Origin: the human T2T-CHM13v2.0 reference genome, Homo sapiens
NCBI RefSeq assembly: GCF_009914755.1
Contig: NC_060933.1
Direction: 5' to 3' (one strand)
DNA length: 64,000 nucleotides
This document shows, in pieces, positions 60,591 to 64,000 of the stretch. Made by a program: the position numbers and the translations under genes. The notes under the pieces were generated by a model. The model was not told the DNA's origin and ran no database searches. It saw only the letters and a program-made list of their open reading frames with translations. Position 1 is the stretch's first letter. Each line of letters starts with the position of its first letter.

Positions 60591-63500
60591 CCTGCCCCAC
60601 CCGTGGTCCTCTCCTGTCTCCGTGTTAGCGTGGAGCCCTGAGATGTTTTAGGAGCCGGCTTTCCGATTTCCATCTGTGTTTGTGGTGATTGCCCTGATCT
60701 TTCAGGCATTCTGCCCTAGAAAGCCCCTTGGGGAGGGGGCTTCCTGTTTCACCTGCTTGGACGTGGCTTTGGAGCTAAGACCGAGAGGAGTCAAGGTGGG
60801 ATTCCTCGGATGCCCTGAGGGAGTGCGATGGGATGCCTGGGGGCTGCTCCTCCAGCCTCAGACACTCCTGCCCACAGCCCCTGGCCAGGCCCTGCCTGAG
60901 CCACTGCTCTAGGCTGCAAAGGGCTGGCTCTCATTTCCTAATTCATCCTGCCAGCTGGAGCCAAGGTGGACTCTCCCCATAGACTGGGATGAGTGCCCTG
61001 GCCCAGCTGGACCTGGTGGTGGCTATGAGCCCCCTTGTGTCACCTTTTCCCTACCCAGGGCTCATCACAAGCTGCAGGGGGATGCTCTTGGGTCTCAGGG
61101 AGAGTGGCCTGAGTCCCCCGGGGCTTCTGAGTGCATCCAGGCTGCTCTGCTGACCCTGGAAGGCAACCAGGGAAGCTGTGAGGTCAGGGTAAGGGATGGG
61201 CCTCAAGAGCGGGTCATGGCCCAGCTGGGGCCTGTGTGGACAGAGGCCTCACTGTCTCCACTGCATGCAGGGAGTCTTGAGGCCAAGTGACACATTTGCC
61301 ACCTGTGACATACGCCACCAGCCCGTGTGTCTGTGCCCCAGATACAGCCAGCCAGTGCAGAGTGAGGCCTGCCAGGGCCCTGTGTTGTGGGGATGTGACA
61401 GAGCTGCCAGTCCTGGTGCAGGTGAGACGTCACCGCCATCCCAGCTGGTCTCCACCTGGAGGACAATTTGGGGACCTCCTGGCACCCTCATGCGTTCCCT
61501 CCCCCTTGTTCTGCGTGACTGCCTGTTTTAATTCACATGTCCCTTTCTAAGACTTACAACTGCATTTCTCATAAAGGAAATTATTGGCACAGGGGATAAT
61601 TGTGATCCAACTCTCTGGCTTCACTTAGAAATCGAGAGGGTGGTCAGTGGGGTCCCACTTACGAGAAGTTCCGGATGGCAGAACAGTACTACAGACATCA
61701 TGGTCCTCAGGAGGATGCTGTCCTGCCCCAGAGAGGCCGCCGAGGGCTGGCGGAGGGGACCTGGAAGGCAGGTGGGGTTGACTGAGATGTGCCAGGTCGG
61801 GAGGGAATCCCAGGGCGGGGACCCTAGAGAAAGCGTGGCACATCTGTGGAGAGCGGACGGGCCACGCTGGGAGTGGAGGGCTGAGGGCTATGTCAGCCCG
61901 CTCCAGCAGGAGGACATGAGCCAGGCCTGTCCAGAGGGCTTCTGCAACCTCTTCTGGAAAAAGGACCAGGGAGGTACCTGTTTCATGCCCAGGAGGTCAT
62001 GATAGTGCCTATCAGCGTTAAATGCCATCTGGTCCTTGCCTCGCAAGGAGCCCTGTCCCCTGGTTCACTGGCTTAGGGGTGCCCCTCAGGTCAGTGTTTC
62101 CCCAGTGTGGGGTGGGCACCCTCGGTGACCTAGGAGACAGTGACGTCAGGGATCACACAGCCTCATACCACACAAAGGTGATTCCCTTCTCTGTCTCAGC
62201 CCTCTGGTCCCCTGGAGGGGAAGCTTGCAACTCCCCAACGCTTTTCTATCAAAATGCCATCGGCAGGCAACAATAGCCAGCTAGAATTTCCTAACATTGC
62301 TTATTTTAATTGTAATTTATTTTTACTTTTACCTTCTATTTATGGCCCATGATCTTAGTTTTTTTTCCACCTAACAGTAGTCACATAAAGTTCCCTTATG
62401 GATGCATTTACCTAAGTAATAGCAGTGAATGCTTTTAAAGAAAAATAGAGAGCAAATAACAGAATAAGGTGCCACTGGAAGGGCCGGGTCAAGAGGAGGG
62501 GGTGGACGGACCTGTGGGTGGCACTGGCTTTTCGTAACTCAGGAATCAGGAAGTGTAGTTGACACTTGTTTTGTTATGTTTGCTCCAATGGAAAAGGAAG
62601 CTGTGGGTGGAGACACATCTGACGGGAGGGATTTGGATCCTGCCAGCTCGTCCCTGCAACCCCCTACTCCGGTCCCCTCAAACCTGTCCGTGGCTGGCAG
62701 CCCTGTGATACCTCGCCACATTCTGCAACAGAATCCGAGATAGAGGTAGAAGTGGGGGAGTACGTCGTGGCTGTCAGGGCAGCTTTCTGTAAAATGCTGC
62801 CTGGAGGAGCATGTGATTCCAGACCCTCCTCTCTGCAACGAAAGTGAGGTTGACACCTGCAGGTATGATTGTAACACGACTTTTAGTTCAGGTGAGCGCA
62901 GCCTTCCTCTCCTGGAGCTCTGGCTCATCCAGCCCTGAGCTCCCCAGTCCAAGGCTCTCCGGGTACCTTGGGCAGCCTCCCTAGCAGGGCGGTGGGATCG
63001 GACCAGCTGTTCCCGGCTGCTGGTCCGTTCCAAGCTGCAAGGGCCTAGGTGCGGAGCAATGACCGGCAGGCCGAGCTCCCTCCCTCCCTCTCGTTGCAGG
63101 CCTGGGGCCTCCTGGCCCACTGAGCAGAACACACAGAAGCTGGGCCCACCCCTGCCCTCCCCACAAAGGGTCACGGGAGCCACCGCCTGACTTTGAAGCC
63201 CACTGACTTGCGGCTGACAAGAGAAAAGGTATTTGGAATTAAGTGAAGGGCGGGAGGCAGGGGCGGGCTAGGCCCTGGGGTCACATAGCTGCAGGCACCT
63301 TGACTGCAGCTGCCGTTGGCCCCAGTCCCTTACTTTCTAGGGTTCTGCAGTGGGCCAGAGAAGGGACTATTATTATTATTTCATAACATTTCATCCTGGC
63401 TTATTTCTAGCCCCTCAAACGGTGTCCGTACAGGGTTGAACTGCCAAGGGCTCCCAGACCCCTGCTGCCAAGGGGCGGCTGGCTTGTGGTGGCTCTGGGG

Positions 63501-64000
63501 AGGCAGTGGTGCCCGTCACTGGCACTGGGGAATCTTGTCTGACTTCCCTTTTCCTCCATCTCCTCCCCAGGGCCCGGCTTTTCCTGTGCCCTTCATTTTC
63601 CTCCCCCTGTTCTGGGACTTGTGGGTGTCCCCAGAGCAAATTCTTGGGGAGCCATGCCCAGCCGGTCTAGGGGGCACTCAGGGGCTTGCATTTTGTCAGG
63701 CTCCCTCGTGGTCTGGTGTGGGTACTCTGGGGACCACATTTGGAGAACCTGGGCCCCCCAGTTGTTGACTAGCAGACGAGGGCCTGTACTTAGGGGCCAT
63801 TGTCCAGCGTTTAGTGCAGAGTGACTGGAGAAATGGGAGGACCAGACCCTGTGATGGGAGTGAGGGTAGGGGGCACAAGATGGGCCGCCACCCTCCAGGA
63901 TCTCCTGGTTCACACCAGTGCCTGCGAGAGGCCCCTGGGGCCTCGTGAAAGCACAGGTGGCTGGTTGCATCCCAGGGGTTCTGATTCCCAGGACTGGCCA

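Overview
Primate (very likely human) genomic DNA from a GC-rich, Alu-dense, non-coding (intergenic or deep intronic) region. I find no credible protein-coding exon: nearly all ORFs in the track are Alu-derived, low-complexity or GC-rich chance ORFs. I could not identify the locus. Repeats dominate: about 45 Alu-family insertions (FAM, FLAM, J, S, one Y; many with visible TSDs), old L1MB/L2/MIR fragments, MaLR LTRs (THE1, MSTA, MLT1), two LTR19-like ERV1 LTRs, MER5 and MER53 DNA elements, a 1 kb AT-only array, a (CCAT)n array and a degenerate telomere-like tract. The main non-repeat signals lie at 34.6-40.5 kb: a CpG-island promoter with GC boxes, CCAAT and a near-perfect RFX X-box (~39.9-40.5 kb); a minus-strand overlapping TATA/MEF2 element flanked by X-box-like and MCAT-like motifs (~35.85 kb); a CpG-rich candidate first exon whose ORF stays open through a good splice donor (35409); and a muscle-type motif cluster just beyond it. 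Also notable are two local copies of an Alu head plus its unique flank, an apparent Alu-Alu deletion scar, and a MER53 hairpin carrying a miR-1302-like sequence. Subfamily names come from recalled consensus sequences and were not verified by alignment. All regulatory calls are motif-based inferences.
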